In this document: positions 1 to 10,047 of the stretch, in pieces | How the letters are laid out: each line of letters starts with the position of its first letter | Position numbering within the stretch: the stretch's first letter is position 1 | From: a virus | Taxonomy: Duplodnaviria > Heunggongvirae > Uroviricota > Caudoviricetes | Strand: one strand, 5' to 3' | Virus record (IMG/VR): IMGVR_UViG_3300021426_000065 | Span: 39,173 to 103,172 of that record | Length of the DNA stretch: 64,000 nt | The notes under the pieces: model-generated | The model's database searches: none | What the model saw: only the letters and a program-made list of their open reading frames with translations | What the model was told of the DNA's origin: nothing | Program-made: the position numbers and the translations under genes

Positions 1-458
1 ATATTATTATAAAACTCATCAAGGAAAAGCAGTTCATCTTTTGTATACGTGGCTGACCACTCTTTTTTCAATTTCTTTATTTTCGCTTCATTGATAACTT
101 CTATTTCGTCATTAATGGTGCCTTCGGCGCGCGCAATACGCCATCTTTCATTTTCATCCATCCACTACAAGTTATCGTAATGGTCATCTAAAAGTAGGTT
201 GAAGTAGGCCGTTAATGTATGCTCCCCATTCACCTTATAAAGTTGTGTCCATTTGTTAAGGTCAAAAGGAACATCTAGATAGCGGCATAATCTATCAACT
301 TCTCCTAAGTTATCTTGCTATACCATCTTTTCCAAGCATGGTGTACATATTATAGAGCGATGCGCGGGAAAGTATGGTGATGGTGTATAGCAGAAGAAGT
401 TTTCGGGTCGCTCCTACTTACACTTGATACATTTGCGCTTCTTTAGTTCGTCTGTCAT
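1..458 (-). CDS. Zn-finger protein, truncated by window edge (TAG=Gln); resembles proteins found just upstream of terminase large subunits in SPbeta-like phages
   Basis: MTDELKKRKCIKCK(TAG)ERP...CTPC...KKEWSATYTKDELLFLDEFY; open with three TAGs read through; packaging role is recollection-level inference. Confidence 0.6.
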
Positions 459-1719
459 TTACTCCCTAACCTCCTCGTTCAATACGTTTCTTTTTTTCGC
501 ATTCCTTACAAGTGCCCGAGAAGCCATCTTTGCGGCTGCGGTTGCGCACAAAGAATAATGGGTCAACTGGTAGGTAGCGGCCGCAATATTTACATAGTTT
601 AGTTTTTTCGCGCGGCGTGTCTAATAATAAGTGGTACTTGCGTGCGGCCTCCGCGATACGTTCGGGTATTTCGCGCGAAAGTATAGTACATAAATGATTT
701 TCATTATATTTAATGCCAAACTTTAATTGAAGTTCATTTATGATGTCGGAGTATGGAACACGCTCTATTTTAAGCCGCAGTATGTACGCGCGCAATTCAG
801 TTAGGTTGGCCATATCTCTATAACGTTCAAAATCAAATAATAGGGTGCGGCCGTAGGTATCTATTTTCTCTCTGAATTGGTCGCGCAATGCATCATAATT
901 ATTTATAAGCGCTCTTACATGTAGCGGATTTTCCCAGTCAAATGTATGCTTCCTAATAACCCATTTTACCTCCGCCCCATTGTTGCGCGTCTCATAATCA
1001 TTGATGTCGCGGGAGATAGAAGATAGAAGGGCGTTATCGACGCGCTCTTGCCACTACTCGCGCGGCATCCAATATGATGCGTCGGATGTCCAATCATAGA
1101 ATGCGGCCTTGGGATGGTCTATTGTTTGGAAATGCAATGTGGGCTTATATGCGTCTTTTAGGTAGTATTGGTGGCGGCGCACATCAATTAGCATATGTTT
1201 CAACTAATAAAGGCGGTATCCATTATCAAGTAGCCGCGTATCTTCATCTATCGCGGCCTTGCCTTCATTTTGTGCCACAATATGTTCTAGGTGTGCAATG
1301 CGGTCCCAGAGTTCCTACATACCGGGGATGTCCGCATCTCCAATATCAATAAGTTCGCCGGTTTTTTTGTCGTACTTGGGCTTACGGATTTCGGGTTTCT
1401 TTTTTGTATAATTTTGTTTCTATGATATGGGCTTTAATGCTTGTTGGTCGGCCAACGGATTATCAACAATTTCATCAAGTGAAAGTAACTTATCGTCTTT
1501 CTTTTTGAAGGAGCCGTAGCGGCGGTTGCCGTCCGTGGTTTCGCCGCGCTAAACAGCGTTTAGGCCATTTTCATCTTTCCCATACAATATATATGACCCC
1601 ATCTATTCTAATTCTAGCGGCGTGGGGTCAGTTGCCAGCTAGTCTAAAATATCTTTCACAGCTGCTACGCGGTCGATGTCTCGCTCGATGTCGTAGTTTA
1701 GTGAGTATTTCTTTTTCAT
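418..1719 (-). CDS. Hypothetical 433-aa protein with C-terminal HTH-like segment and CxxC Zn finger (TAG=Gln)
   Basis: ATG at 1719 after GAGGTG RBS and leftward promoter (1747-1776); in frame with track ORF 466..888; several in-frame TAGs; true stop TAA at 418-420. Confidence 0.75.
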
Positions 1720-2143
1720 GGGCGTTCACCTCACTTTGGTAATTATATTATAACATAGGGGGTTTTGGCGTGTCAAGTATTTGATTATTGGTTTTACCGG
1801 GTGGTTTCAAAATTTACCGGGTGGGGAAAGAATGGGAGGCCCCATGTCAAATACGGTCAAAATCCGGCCAAATCCTACATGTATGCCCCCCGGGGTATGC
1901 TGACGCGCGAAAACTTGCGCGCGCAATGGTATAAAAAAATTGCACCCTATCGCATTCTGTTATTTTTTTGTATACAACGGTTTAAGGCGTCTAACCGCCG
2001 GTTAAACGTATTTAACTACGGCGGGGATATAGTCAAAAAATTTTTTTCAAAAAATCAAAAAAAACTGTTGACAAGCGCCCGGTTATATGGTAATATATAG
2101 TCAATCAAGGGGCCGGGACACCCGGCCGGGAAGGGGCTTCACT

Positions 2144-2614
2144 ATGACACACGAGAGCATGATTTATTGGTACAACAAGACCGCGGGCGCGCACTCCTAC
2201 ATTGTCGGTTTTATCAAGTCCGGCCGCCTGTATTACGTCAAGCTGACATTCGCTGAGCTGACCGCGCTGCTGAAAGCTGACAAGTGCAGCGCCGCGCGCG
2301 GCGGATATAACAAGATTCGTGTCCGCGTCAACAGCGACCAAGCGTGGATGTTCATCGCAAGCGGTAAAGCTGTGGAAGTCGGGACCGTGGGCGACCTGAG
2401 TGCCGACAGCAAGCACAACAAAGGCGAAAACTTCGAGCGGATTATCACCGAAAAGCTGACCAGCGAAAAGTGGGAAAAGGACAGCGTTCCCTACTACATC
2501 AAGGGCGACATCAACGTAAACGGCGAAGAAATCCAGATTAAGCTCGACGGCGCTGAGCTGACCAACGAAAAAACCCTGAGCAACGTGCTCAACCTGCTGG
2601 GACTGGCTGAATAA
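2144..2614 (+). CDS. Hypothetical protein, family A; possible PD-(D/E)XK-like C-terminal domain
   Basis: GENFE...GDINVNGEEIQIK; clearly paralogous to 6860..7309; own promoter and terminator. Confidence 0.8.
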   Translation: MTHESMIYWYNKTAGAHSYIVGFIKSGRLYYVKLTFAELTALLKADKCSAARGGYNKIRVRVNSDQAWMFIASGKAVEVGTVGDLSADSKHNKGENFERIITEKLTSEKWEKDSVPYYIKGDINVNGEEIQIKLDGAELTNEKTLSNVLNLLGLAE

Positions 2615-2698
2615 GCCAGCCCAGCAAGAAAAAAGTACTTGACAAGCTAAGCAAACTATGATATAATAAGACCAACAAAAGAGAAGGGAGCTACAACA

Positions 2699-2908
2699 AT
2701 GAAGAAGGGCATGACTTATGAGCAGGTAATGGAGCTGGCGCGGGAATATGGTTGGCAGATGCTGGACGAGCAGGATAAAGAAGAAGACGGTTACCAGTGG
2801 AAAGAAATTGACATCCAGATGGATTCAGAATATGGTTTATGCCTATATTTAGTAGATGGTAAAGTAAAAGATATGGACAAATTCGCAATGTGGGATTATG
2901 TGGGCTAA
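2699..2908 (+). CDS. Small acidic hypothetical protein
   Basis: Own promoter, AAGGGAG RBS, terminator hairpin over the stop. Confidence 0.75.
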   Translation: MKKGMTYEQVMELAREYGWQMLDEQDKEEDGYQWKEIDIQMDSEYGLCLYLVDGKVKDMDKFAMWDYVG

Positions 2909-3003
2909 TAGCCCACATAATTTTTTATGCTTGATTAGACCCCTTTAACTTGTATGCCGGCGTAAGAGTTAGAGGCATCTAACCACCAACGAAAAAAGAA
3001 GGC

Positions 3004-3318
3004 TTACTCAGCCTTCTTTTTCTCTTCTGCCTTGCGGGCCTTTTCAGCTTCCTTCTCAGCCTTTTCGGCTTCCTTCTGTGCCTTCTCAGCCTTCCATACT
3101 TCCGCGACTTCAAACGGGTCGAACACGGGCGTTACTTTCGTAGCTTTATACGCTTTGGTTTTCACAGTGACTTCACACCAGACTTCCTGTCCATCGACCT
3201 CTTGCAGAATCGCCCAAGACGCTTCGCCAAACTGTACAGCATCATGCGCGTTCAGCACATCAGTAAAATAAGCAACGGTGTTCGCGCGGGCAACAGACTT
3301 AATCTCAGCAGCGTTCAT
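3004..3318 (-). CDS. Hypothetical protein, family B (Lys/Ala/Glu-rich C-terminal tail)
   Basis: CCAGAAAGGA leader before ATG 3318; similar to 8200..8607 and 14152..14487. Confidence 0.8.
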   Translation of the reverse strand: MNAAEIKSVARANTVAYFTDVLNAHDAVQFGEASWAILQEVDGQEVWCEVTVKTKAYKATKVTPVFDPFEVAEVWKAEKAQKEAEKAEKEAEKARKAEEKKKAE

Positions 3319-3477
3319 AGTGAATCCTTTCTGGTTTTTAGGACTTTTCCTTGTCCTTTGTGTAATCATTATAGCAGATAACTATGATATTGTCAAGGGG
3401 TTTTGAAAAATTTTTTCGCCGGCGCAGTTAGATGATACTAACCGAATGGCATTAAAAAAGAGGGCATTGCCCTCTTT

Positions 3478-3921
3478 TTACGCACACAGCGAATAGATGC
3501 TAATTACGGGAGTAATCCACTTCTTGATTTTTCTATATCCATATCGAAACTGACGAGTTTTATAATAAGGATTATCAATAATATACTTGTTACCTTTTGC
3601 ATCAGTTACTTCAATTTGCAAAGGATAACCTTCATCCTCAAACGGACCATACTCTTCAACTTCAATCTGAATCGGTTCACCCTGTTTGGTATCAACAGTA
3701 ACAATATTATAATTGCGCAGAGTCCGCAGCATGGCCGCGATGTGAGTTGCGTTAGACTGCTTCAAATAGTCCGCACTATCACTATACACTGCCTTGCGAA
3801 TATCAGCAACACTACTACGCGGATTCGCGTGAAGATACTCAATAACTTCGTCCAGTTTTTCAGTTGTCCACTTGGCTTTGGTCACAGCAGAAAACATGTC
3901 TTCATAACGAGTGGTCTTCAT
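3478..3921 (-). CDS. Putative winged-helix DNA-binding protein
   Basis: SSVADIRKAVY...HIAAMLRTLRNYNIV pattern; conserved leader before ATG 3921. Confidence 0.65.
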   Translation of the reverse strand: MKTTRYEDMFSAVTKAKWTTEKLDEVIEYLHANPRSSVADIRKAVYSDSADYLKQSNATHIAAMLRTLRNYNIVTVDTKQGEPIQIEVEEYGPFEDEGYPLQIEVTDAKGNKYIIDNPYYKTRQFRYGYRKIKKWITPVISIYSLCA

Positions 3922-4079
3922 AATCTTTACCTTTCTGGTTTGTTGAGGTTTTCCTTCCTCTTTACGTGTATATAATACCATATAAAAATACGGTTGTCAA
4001 GGGTTTTTTTAAAAAAAGTTTTTTTATTTTTTTTGAAAAAATGCTTGACATTTATCAGGCTTTATGTTATTATATAGTC

Positions 4080-4197
4080 ACGGGGAGAGAGGCAGATACT
4101 CCCGCCGAACCCGCTCTTTAAGGGCGCAGACACAAGGGTTCTCAAAGGTGCAAATAAAAGGTCTGCAATCTAAGCGGTTTTAACCGCTTATTTTTTC
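4080..4197 (+). ncRNA. Candidate small structured RNA (possible pseudoknot)
   Basis: Promoter 4045-4073, no ORF, intrinsic terminator TAAGCGG-TTTTAA-CCGCTTA plus T6; stems GAACCC/GGGTTC and GCAGAC/GTCTGC cross. Confidence 0.55.
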
Positions 4198-4340
4198 TGT
4201 GTCAGTTAGAAGTGTCTAACCATCGTGCCGGCGCAGAAGTTCAATGCATCTAACCAGAAAATTTTTATAAATATACTTGACACGATAGAAAAAACATGTT
4301 ATAATAAACACGTCCAAAGGGCAGAAAGGAAGTAATCATC

Positions 4341-4622
4341 ATGAAGAACAACACTCTTGGTCTTATCATTGCCGCAATCGTCTCTCTTCTTGTTGCTTTT
4401 CTCTGTCTGCATCAACCACAACATAAGACTTATACCTTACAGGGCGAAATCTATAAGGTAGATTATACAGAAAATATAACACTAATACGTGATGAGAACG
4501 GTCATGTGTGGGGTATGAAGGGCACCGAAGTGCGGCCACAAGGCACATCAGTCATCATGACAATGGATAGCATGAACACTACCACAATAGTAGATGATGG
4601 AATAATTGAAATAAAGTATTGA
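4341..4622 (+). CDS. Small membrane-anchored protein with OB-like beta domain
   Basis: N-terminal hydrophobic helix; AGAAAGGA RBS. Confidence 0.75.
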   Translation: MKNNTLGLIIAAIVSLLVAFLCLHQPQHKTYTLQGEIYKVDYTENITLIRDENGHVWGMKGTEVRPQGTSVIMTMDSMNTTTIVDDGIIEIKY

Positions 4623-4676
4623 CATAGTAGAACAGATATGGTATAATAAAGGCATCAAAAGAAGGGAGTAACTACC

Positions 4677-4847
4677 ATGTACGAACTTATCACCGCATGG
4701 AATGACCAGACCACTAAAACAGAAAGAGCCGACTTGCCCAGCATTATGAGAGCGTTAGCAATTTATTATGAAGAACCAGACTTCTTTACTGCACATATTA
4801 CGAATCTCGCCACAGGAGAGGAAATAGCGACTTTTACGAAGAGTTGA
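4677..4847 (+). CDS. Small hypothetical protein (56 aa; not in track)
   Basis: Own promoter from 4619, AAGGGAG RBS, terminator over TGA. Confidence 0.7.
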   Translation: MYELITAWNDQTTKTERADLPSIMRALAIYYEEPDFFTAHITNLATGEEIATFTKS

Positions 4848-4995
4848 CGCAAGTCAACTCTTTTTATTATATCACGATTAGAGCGGTCTAACTAATTCGC
4901 CGGCGAATCTCAAACGGAAAATAATTTCAAAATACTATTGACAAAATCCCGAAACCATGTTATAATATAGTCATCAAATGAAGGAGGACGTTCCA

Positions 4996-5145
4996 ATGAC
5001 TGTCTACTATGTAATTTCATGCCACGGGTTTATCGGCAACATGCACTATGGTACATATGAAGAGGCCCAAAAGGCCGCGGCCATACGACGCGCGATTAGT
5101 GGCCAGCCGTGGGAAGTTAAACAAATTTGCGCAATTTCAAGGTGA
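4996..5145 (+). CDS. Small hypothetical protein (49 aa; not in track)
   Basis: Own promoter, AAGGAGG RBS, terminator over TGA. Confidence 0.7.
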   Translation: MTVYYVISCHGFIGNMHYGTYEEAQKAAAIRRAISGQPWEVKQICAISR

Positions 5146-5347
5146 TTGGAATAATCCAATCACTTTTTTAGTTCATAATTTTAATCCCATAATTTCAAAA
5201 AATTTTTTTAAAAAGGTATTGACAAAGTATCCCGAAAGTGATATAATGGAATTGGTACCCATAAATTATAGTTAGATGACTCTAACTAATATGCCGGCGC
5301 GTGAGTTAAAGACAACTAACTCAATTTCATTTTAAAAGGGTTTGACC

Positions 5348-5515
5348 TTAGAGGTCAAACCCGAAGTAATCATTTTCCCACATTCCTTCCACCAGTCGCT
5401 TGTATTCTTTGATGGTTTCAACGCTCTCGCCGCGTTCCGCCATGCGGAAGGCTTCCACGGTTTCTTCAACTTCCAGGCCCCAGGTCCGCGCGATTTCATT
5501 CAGCAGTTCTTCCAT
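5348..5515 (-). CDS. Small acidic hypothetical protein
   Basis: Conserved CCAGAAAGGA leader before ATG 5515; own promoter. Confidence 0.7.
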   Translation of the reverse strand: MEELLNEIARTWGLEVEETVEAFRMAERGESVETIKEYKRLVEGMWENDYFGFDL

Positions 5516-5579
5516 CTCAGTTCCTTTCTGGTGTTGGGGATTTTCCTTTCCCTTTTGTGACTTTATTATAACACCGATT

Positions 5580-5750
5580 TTAAGATTTGTCAAGCACATT
5601 TTTCAAATTATTTTCTTCATTCCAATGGTCAAACATATTCATTTCAACAAAGCGGAAATGTTCTTCTGCCATTGAATGCGGATATTTCTTCTTCATTTCT
5701 TCAAACCAATTTTTGAGTTCCTGTTCAGTGTAAGTGATTTCCTTCTTCAT
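5580..5750 (-). CDS. Small hypothetical protein
   Basis: AAGGGAG RBS, own promoter. Confidence 0.7.
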   Translation of the reverse strand: MKKEITYTEQELKNWFEEMKKKYPHSMAEEHFRFVEMNMFDHWNEENNLKNVLDKS

Positions 5751-5804
5751 TGTTGCGGCTCCCTTCATTTGATGTATTTATTATAGCACGGGTTTTAGGA
5801 TTTG

Positions 5805-5969
5805 TCAATACTTTTTTTGTTCTTCTTTGTTTAATTTGTCAGCGATTTCTATGACGTTCCTTCTGTACAATCTATCATTAACAATCCATTTACATTCTTT
5901 TTTATCCCACACTCCCCAAGTGTAGAATGTATTCCAGAGATACTGCCGAGTTACGTACCGCTTTGTCAT
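5805..5969 (-). CDS. Small hypothetical protein
   Basis: GGGAGG RBS before ATG 5969, own promoter. Confidence 0.7.
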   Translation of the reverse strand: MTKRYVTRQYLWNTFYTWGVWDKKECKWIVNDRLYRRNVIEIADKLNKEEQKKY

Positions 5970-6048
5970 CGTTTTGTCCTCCCTCTCTTTGATGGCTTTA
6001 TTATAACATGTATCCGGTATTTTGTCAATCCTTTTTTTGAAAAAATTT

Positions 6049-6273
6049 TCAAGAAATTTTTTCAATAACCAACCAAGCGCTATCAATTTCATATGCGTCA
6101 GTTGTTTTTGCTTTGATAGCCTTTCCCCATCCCATTCTGATGCAATGGTCGGCCGAAGAATAGGTATCAAAGATTCCCTTCCATTCACCAAACTTGGTCG
6201 AAAGATCAGGCGTATCACAAAAAGCAATTTTATATCCTTTTTCCTTTTTGCTTTCTTTCTTCAAAAACTTCAT
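6049..6273 (-). CDS. Small hypothetical protein
   Basis: GGAGGA RBS before ATG 6273, own promoter. Confidence 0.7.
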   Translation of the reverse strand: MKFLKKESKKEKGYKIAFCDTPDLSTKFGEWKGIFDTYSSADHCIRMGWGKAIKAKTTDAYEIDSAWLVIEKIS

Positions 6274-6429
6274 TGCTTCGTCCTCCATTTCTTCGGCAGG
6301 TTCTTCCCTTACCGTGATTAAAGTATAACACATAATGGCCGGGTTGTCAACAGTTTTTTAAAAAACTTTTTAAAAAATTTTTTCAAAAACCCCTTGACAA
6401 ATCCGCGCCGGCATGTTATAATATAATCA

Positions 6430-6492
6430 CAGTCGAGGACACCGGGGAGACCGGAGAGAGGCCGGGTAGGTTCAGGAGGGGTCCAACCATAG
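6430..6492 (+). ncRNA. Candidate short G-rich RNA
   Basis: Promoter TTGACA 6394 to TATAAT 6417-6422; no start codon before the repeat at 6493; CCGG-GGAGA-CCGG hairpin. Confidence 0.35.
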
Positions 6493-6592
6493 GTTAGAGG
6501 ACTCTAACAGATGTGCCGGCGCGAAGGTTAAAGGACTCTAACATGACATTAATTAAAAAGGGCCCCGGCCCTTTTTAATATTTTCAATATTT

Positions 6593-6778
6593 TTATGCTA
6601 TGCCTAAAATATTTGCAATAACTACGGCAGGGATAGCAAGGACGAAAGCCGCGATTAGTAGGCGCGCGGGCTTGCCATTATCCAAATCTTTCAAGGCAAA
6701 ATATACACCAAATGGTGTAACCGCGAAGAGTTCAAAGGCGATAATTGCGACGAAGATGATGGTCAAGATAGTGGTCAT
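6593..6778 (-). CDS. Small two-TM membrane protein
   Basis: Two hydrophobic helices; GGGAGG RBS. Confidence 0.75.
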   Translation of the reverse strand: MTTILTIIFVAIIAFELFAVTPFGVYFALKDLDNGKPARLLIAAFVLAIPAVVIANILGIA

Positions 6779-6859
6779 TTGTTTGCCCTCCCGTTTCCTT
6801 TTTACGTATTTATTATACCATACACTTCGGCGCTTGTCAATACCTTTTTGAAAAAAACT

Positions 6860-7309
6860 TTAAGCCGCCATGCGGCTTAAAGTTTTTTCATTGGTGAGTT
6901 CCGCGCCGTTAAACTTAATCTGAATCTCTTTACCATTAACGTTAATATCACCAGCGACATTAAAGGGGACAGAATCTTTTTCCCACTTTTTGTTTGTGAA
7001 CATTTCCGTTATAACCCGTTCAAAATGTTCACCGTCATTATACTTATCTTCAAAGTTCAGCATTGACGCCATACCCAGCGCAATCGCCGCGCCACTGTTC
7101 ACCAGCTTCCACATTTCATCGCTGGACACGCGAACACGAATTTTTGCCCAGCCGCCGCGCTTACTGCTCATCCGGTCCATTTTCAGGTATGCATCATTGA
7201 TATGCTCTTGCATAACATAGTACAGAATACCATTCATAACAAATCCGATAATATAAGCATTGGCGGCGCTCATCAGGTTGTAGAGCTTAATCATCTGTTC
7301 ACGTGTCAT
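6860..7309 (-). CDS. Hypothetical protein, family A (paralogue of 2144..2614)
   Basis: Shared RGG.KIRVRV, FER.ITE..T..KWEKDSVP, GDINVNG.EIQIK..GAELTNEKTLS. Confidence 0.8.
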   Translation of the reverse strand: MTREQMIKLYNLMSAANAYIIGFVMNGILYYVMQEHINDAYLKMDRMSSKRGGWAKIRVRVSSDEMWKLVNSGAAIALGMASMLNFEDKYNDGEHFERVITEMFTNKKWEKDSVPFNVAGDINVNGKEIQIKFNGAELTNEKTLSRMAA

Positions 7310-7576
7310 GGTGTTTACCTTCCTTTCTTATCCCCTTGGGACGCCTTTATTATAACATGCCGGGCGGCACTTGTCAACCCCTTTTTAAAAAAATTTTAAA
7401 TTAATTTTTCGCCGGCAGCTTAGTTAAAGGCGTCTAACTATTCTGCCGGCGCGGGAGTTAGAGGCGTTTAACTCAAAAATTTTTTTCAAAAAGTGCTTGA
7501 CAACCGCGCCCGCCTATGGTATAATTCAAGTACAGAAAGGGGAAGGAAAACCCCACAAACCAGAAGGGACGCGCGC

Positions 7577-8017
7577 ATGGAAAAGATGGTATGGTTCGAC
7601 ATGGATGGCACTATCGCCAACCTCTACGCCGTAGAGGGATGGCTGGAAGACCTGCGAGCTGAACGCACGCGGCCCTATGACGTAGCCGCGCCTATGCTGA
7701 ACTTCTCTCAGCTGGCAAAACTGCTGCATAGGGCACAGCGCAACGGCTGGAAGCTCGGAATTATCAGCTGGACAAGCCGCAACGGCTCTGACCTCTATAA
7801 TGGCGCGGTTGCTCTCTCTAAGCTGTGTTGGCTTCACAAGCATCTTCCAAGTGTCAGCTGGGACGAAATCCGCATTGTAAATTATGGCACCAATAAATAC
7901 ATGGAATGCGGTGGTGGTATCCTGTTCGATGATGAAGAAGGCAACCGCAAGGCATGGCAGGACAAAGCCTTTGACCCCACAGAGATAATCAGTGTATTGC
8001 GCGAACTGGGCGAGTAA
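7577..8017 (+). CDS. HAD-superfamily hydrolase (5'-nucleotidase-like)
   Basis: Motif I FDMDGT, motif II S, motif III K, motif IV LFDD. Confidence 0.85.
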   Translation: MEKMVWFDMDGTIANLYAVEGWLEDLRAERTRPYDVAAPMLNFSQLAKLLHRAQRNGWKLGIISWTSRNGSDLYNGAVALSKLCWLHKHLPSVSWDEIRIVNYGTNKYMECGGGILFDDEEGNRKAWQDKAFDPTEIISVLRELGE

Positions 8018-8199
8018 TCGCCCAGTTAAATACGTTTAACTCCTTCGCCGGCGCAGCGGTTAGAGGCATCTAACCAAGAGCAAAAATTTTTTAAAAATTT
8101 TTTTAGAAAAATACTTGACAACTTTTCAAAATTGCAGTATAATAATAACGTAATCAAGGGAAGGAAAACCCACCAAACCAGAAGGGAAGTAAAAAAACT

Positions 8200-8607
8200 A
8201 TGACACAGACCGCTCTGAACACCAATCTCCGCAACGTTACTCTCCGCGACATTATTGAGTTTGTGTCCCAGAAGTACAACATGGACGCGCTCTCCATTTC
8301 CTCTTCCGCGATTGTGTTCCCCACTACTGACGAAGAGGGCAACGAGAAGTATGTAAAGATTTCCGTTTCTGTTCCTCGCGGTACTCGTGATGGCAAGGGC
8401 GGTTATGAAGCCTTTGACGGTGAGGTTGCCGCTGATGACTACAAGGCCGAACTGGAAGAGAAGGCCGCGAAGAAGGCCGCAGCCGCCGCGAAGAAGGCCG
8501 CGAAGATTGCCGCCGACCAGGCGAAGCGCGAAGCGAAGAAGGTTGTTAAGGAACTGAATGAAAAGGGCCTTGACGGCATGATTCATGAGGACATGGACGC
8601 GGAGTAA
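8200..8607 (+). CDS. Hypothetical protein, family B (KAAKKAA tail)
   Basis: Conserved leader; Lys/Ala-rich tail. Confidence 0.8.
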   Translation: MTQTALNTNLRNVTLRDIIEFVSQKYNMDALSISSSAIVFPTTDEEGNEKYVKISVSVPRGTRDGKGGYEAFDGEVAADDYKAELEEKAAKKAAAAAKKAAKIAADQAKREAKKVVKELNEKGLDGMIHEDMDAE

Positions 8608-8779
8608 CCCGCGCCCCTTTTTATTAAAGCGAGTTAGAGACGTTTAACCACGCCGGCGCGGCAGTTAAGGGGCGCTAACTAAAAAAATTTTCAAAAACCA
8701 TTGACAAACATCCTTTCGCGTGGTATACTATGCCATGAAGTGAAGGAAAACACTACAAACCAGAAAGGAAATTAACCCA

Positions 8780-9445
8780 ATGAATCGTATGGTATTTGAC
8801 TGTGAAACTTGCATGACTGACCGCTTGCCAAATGGCCAACTGGATGTAGAAAATGGTCAGGCTTATGACCTTGGTGGACAGGTTGTTAATGATGGCGGCA
8901 TCATCCTTGATAAGTTAAATCTTATCAACGGGGATGTATTTTATGGTATGCCAAAGGCCATGAGTGACGCATACTATAAAGACAAGTTCCCGCGATACAT
9001 TGAAGAAATCAAGCGCGGCGAACGTCAAGTAGTAGATACATGGAAGATGTGGAAGATTTTCAACCAGATGTGCCAAGACTATCATGTGGAAGAAGTGGTC
9101 GCGCATAATATCAGATTTGACATTACGGTGCTTAATGCGACTATGCGTTACCAGACCAAGAGCAAGAAGCGATTTTTCCTCCCGTATGGCATCAAGACCG
9201 CAGATACCATGAAGATGGCAAGAAAGGTAATTTGTAATACCAAAGACTACATCAAGTTTTGTAAAGAAAATAACTACATGACCGCGCATGAAACCCCGCG
9301 CCCCAAGGCCACAGCAGAAGTTATTTGGCGCTATTTGTCCAACAATAACGACTTTGAAGAAGCGCACACTGGGCTTGCAGATGTAGAAATTGAAACCGAA
9401 ATCCTCATGGAATGTCTCCGCAGAGGGTACACGGAGTTAGAGTAA
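8780..9445 (+). CDS. DnaQ/DEDDh-family 3'-5' exonuclease
   Basis: ExoI FDCET, ExoII AHNIRFD, ExoIII HTGLADV. Confidence 0.88.
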   Translation: MNRMVFDCETCMTDRLPNGQLDVENGQAYDLGGQVVNDGGIILDKLNLINGDVFYGMPKAMSDAYYKDKFPRYIEEIKRGERQVVDTWKMWKIFNQMCQDYHVEEVVAHNIRFDITVLNATMRYQTKSKKRFFLPYGIKTADTMKMARKVICNTKDYIKFCKENNYMTAHETPRPKATAEVIWRYLSNNNDFEEAHTGLADVEIETEILMECLRRGYTELE

Positions 9446-9678
9446 TCTAACTCCGCGGCCGGCGCAGTTAGAGGCGTTTAACCAATTACAAAAAATTTTT
9501 TCAAAAAATGCTTGACAATATCCTAAAATTGTGATATTATATAATTGTTCCAAGGGGAACGAAAGAGAAAAAGAACTTCAAAAAAAGTTAAAAAACTCTT
9601 GACAAACCCCAAAGAACATGATATAATAAACTCACAACAAGGGAAGGAAAACCCTAAAAAACCAGAAAGGAACTTATT

Positions 9679-10047
9679 ATGAAGAAAGCCACTATGCAGT
9701 ATCTCCTGGACATGATGAACGATGAGATCGGCGTCAATGGGGGCGAAAAGAACACTGCTCATGAGTATGTCGCTGTCCGTGATGAAATCCAGGCCGAACT
9801 GAACCGCAACGCGGAGAAAGCCGCGGCGAATCGTGAACTGTACGAATCCGCGAAGTCCGTCATCTTTGAAGGTTTCCGCGTAGCGGGTACTCCTATCACT
9901 ATCGCGGAACTGTATGAGGAAATCAAGGACAAACTGCCGCAGGGATTCAGTAAGTCCAAGGTGCAGTACGCGGTCACTCGTCTGTGGTCTGATGAGATTG
10001 TCAAGACTGAGGGCAAGACTAACACCTATACGGTGAAGGCGGAGTAA
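9679..10047 (+). CDS. Putative winged-helix protein, family C
   Basis: PITIAELYEE...SKSKVQYAV..LWSDEIVKTEGK.NTY; paralogue of 11071 and 16327 genes. Confidence 0.8.
   Translation: MKKATMQYLLDMMNDEIGVNGGEKNTAHEYVAVRDEIQAELNRNAEKAAANRELYESAKSVIFEGFRVAGTPITIAELYEEIKDKLPQGFSKSKVQYAVTRLWSDEIVKTEGKTNTYTVKAE

Noticed and set aside
1074..2100. Track ORFs 1074..1352 and 1765..2100
   Set aside because: The first is antisense to the recoded 418..1719 gene; the second runs through repeat and promoter sequence without an RBS.
4080..4197. Glycine riboswitch or pistol ribozyme
   Set aside because: Short word matches (GGAGAGA, CCGAA, AGGTGCAA, TAAGCG) are not in the required order or structure.
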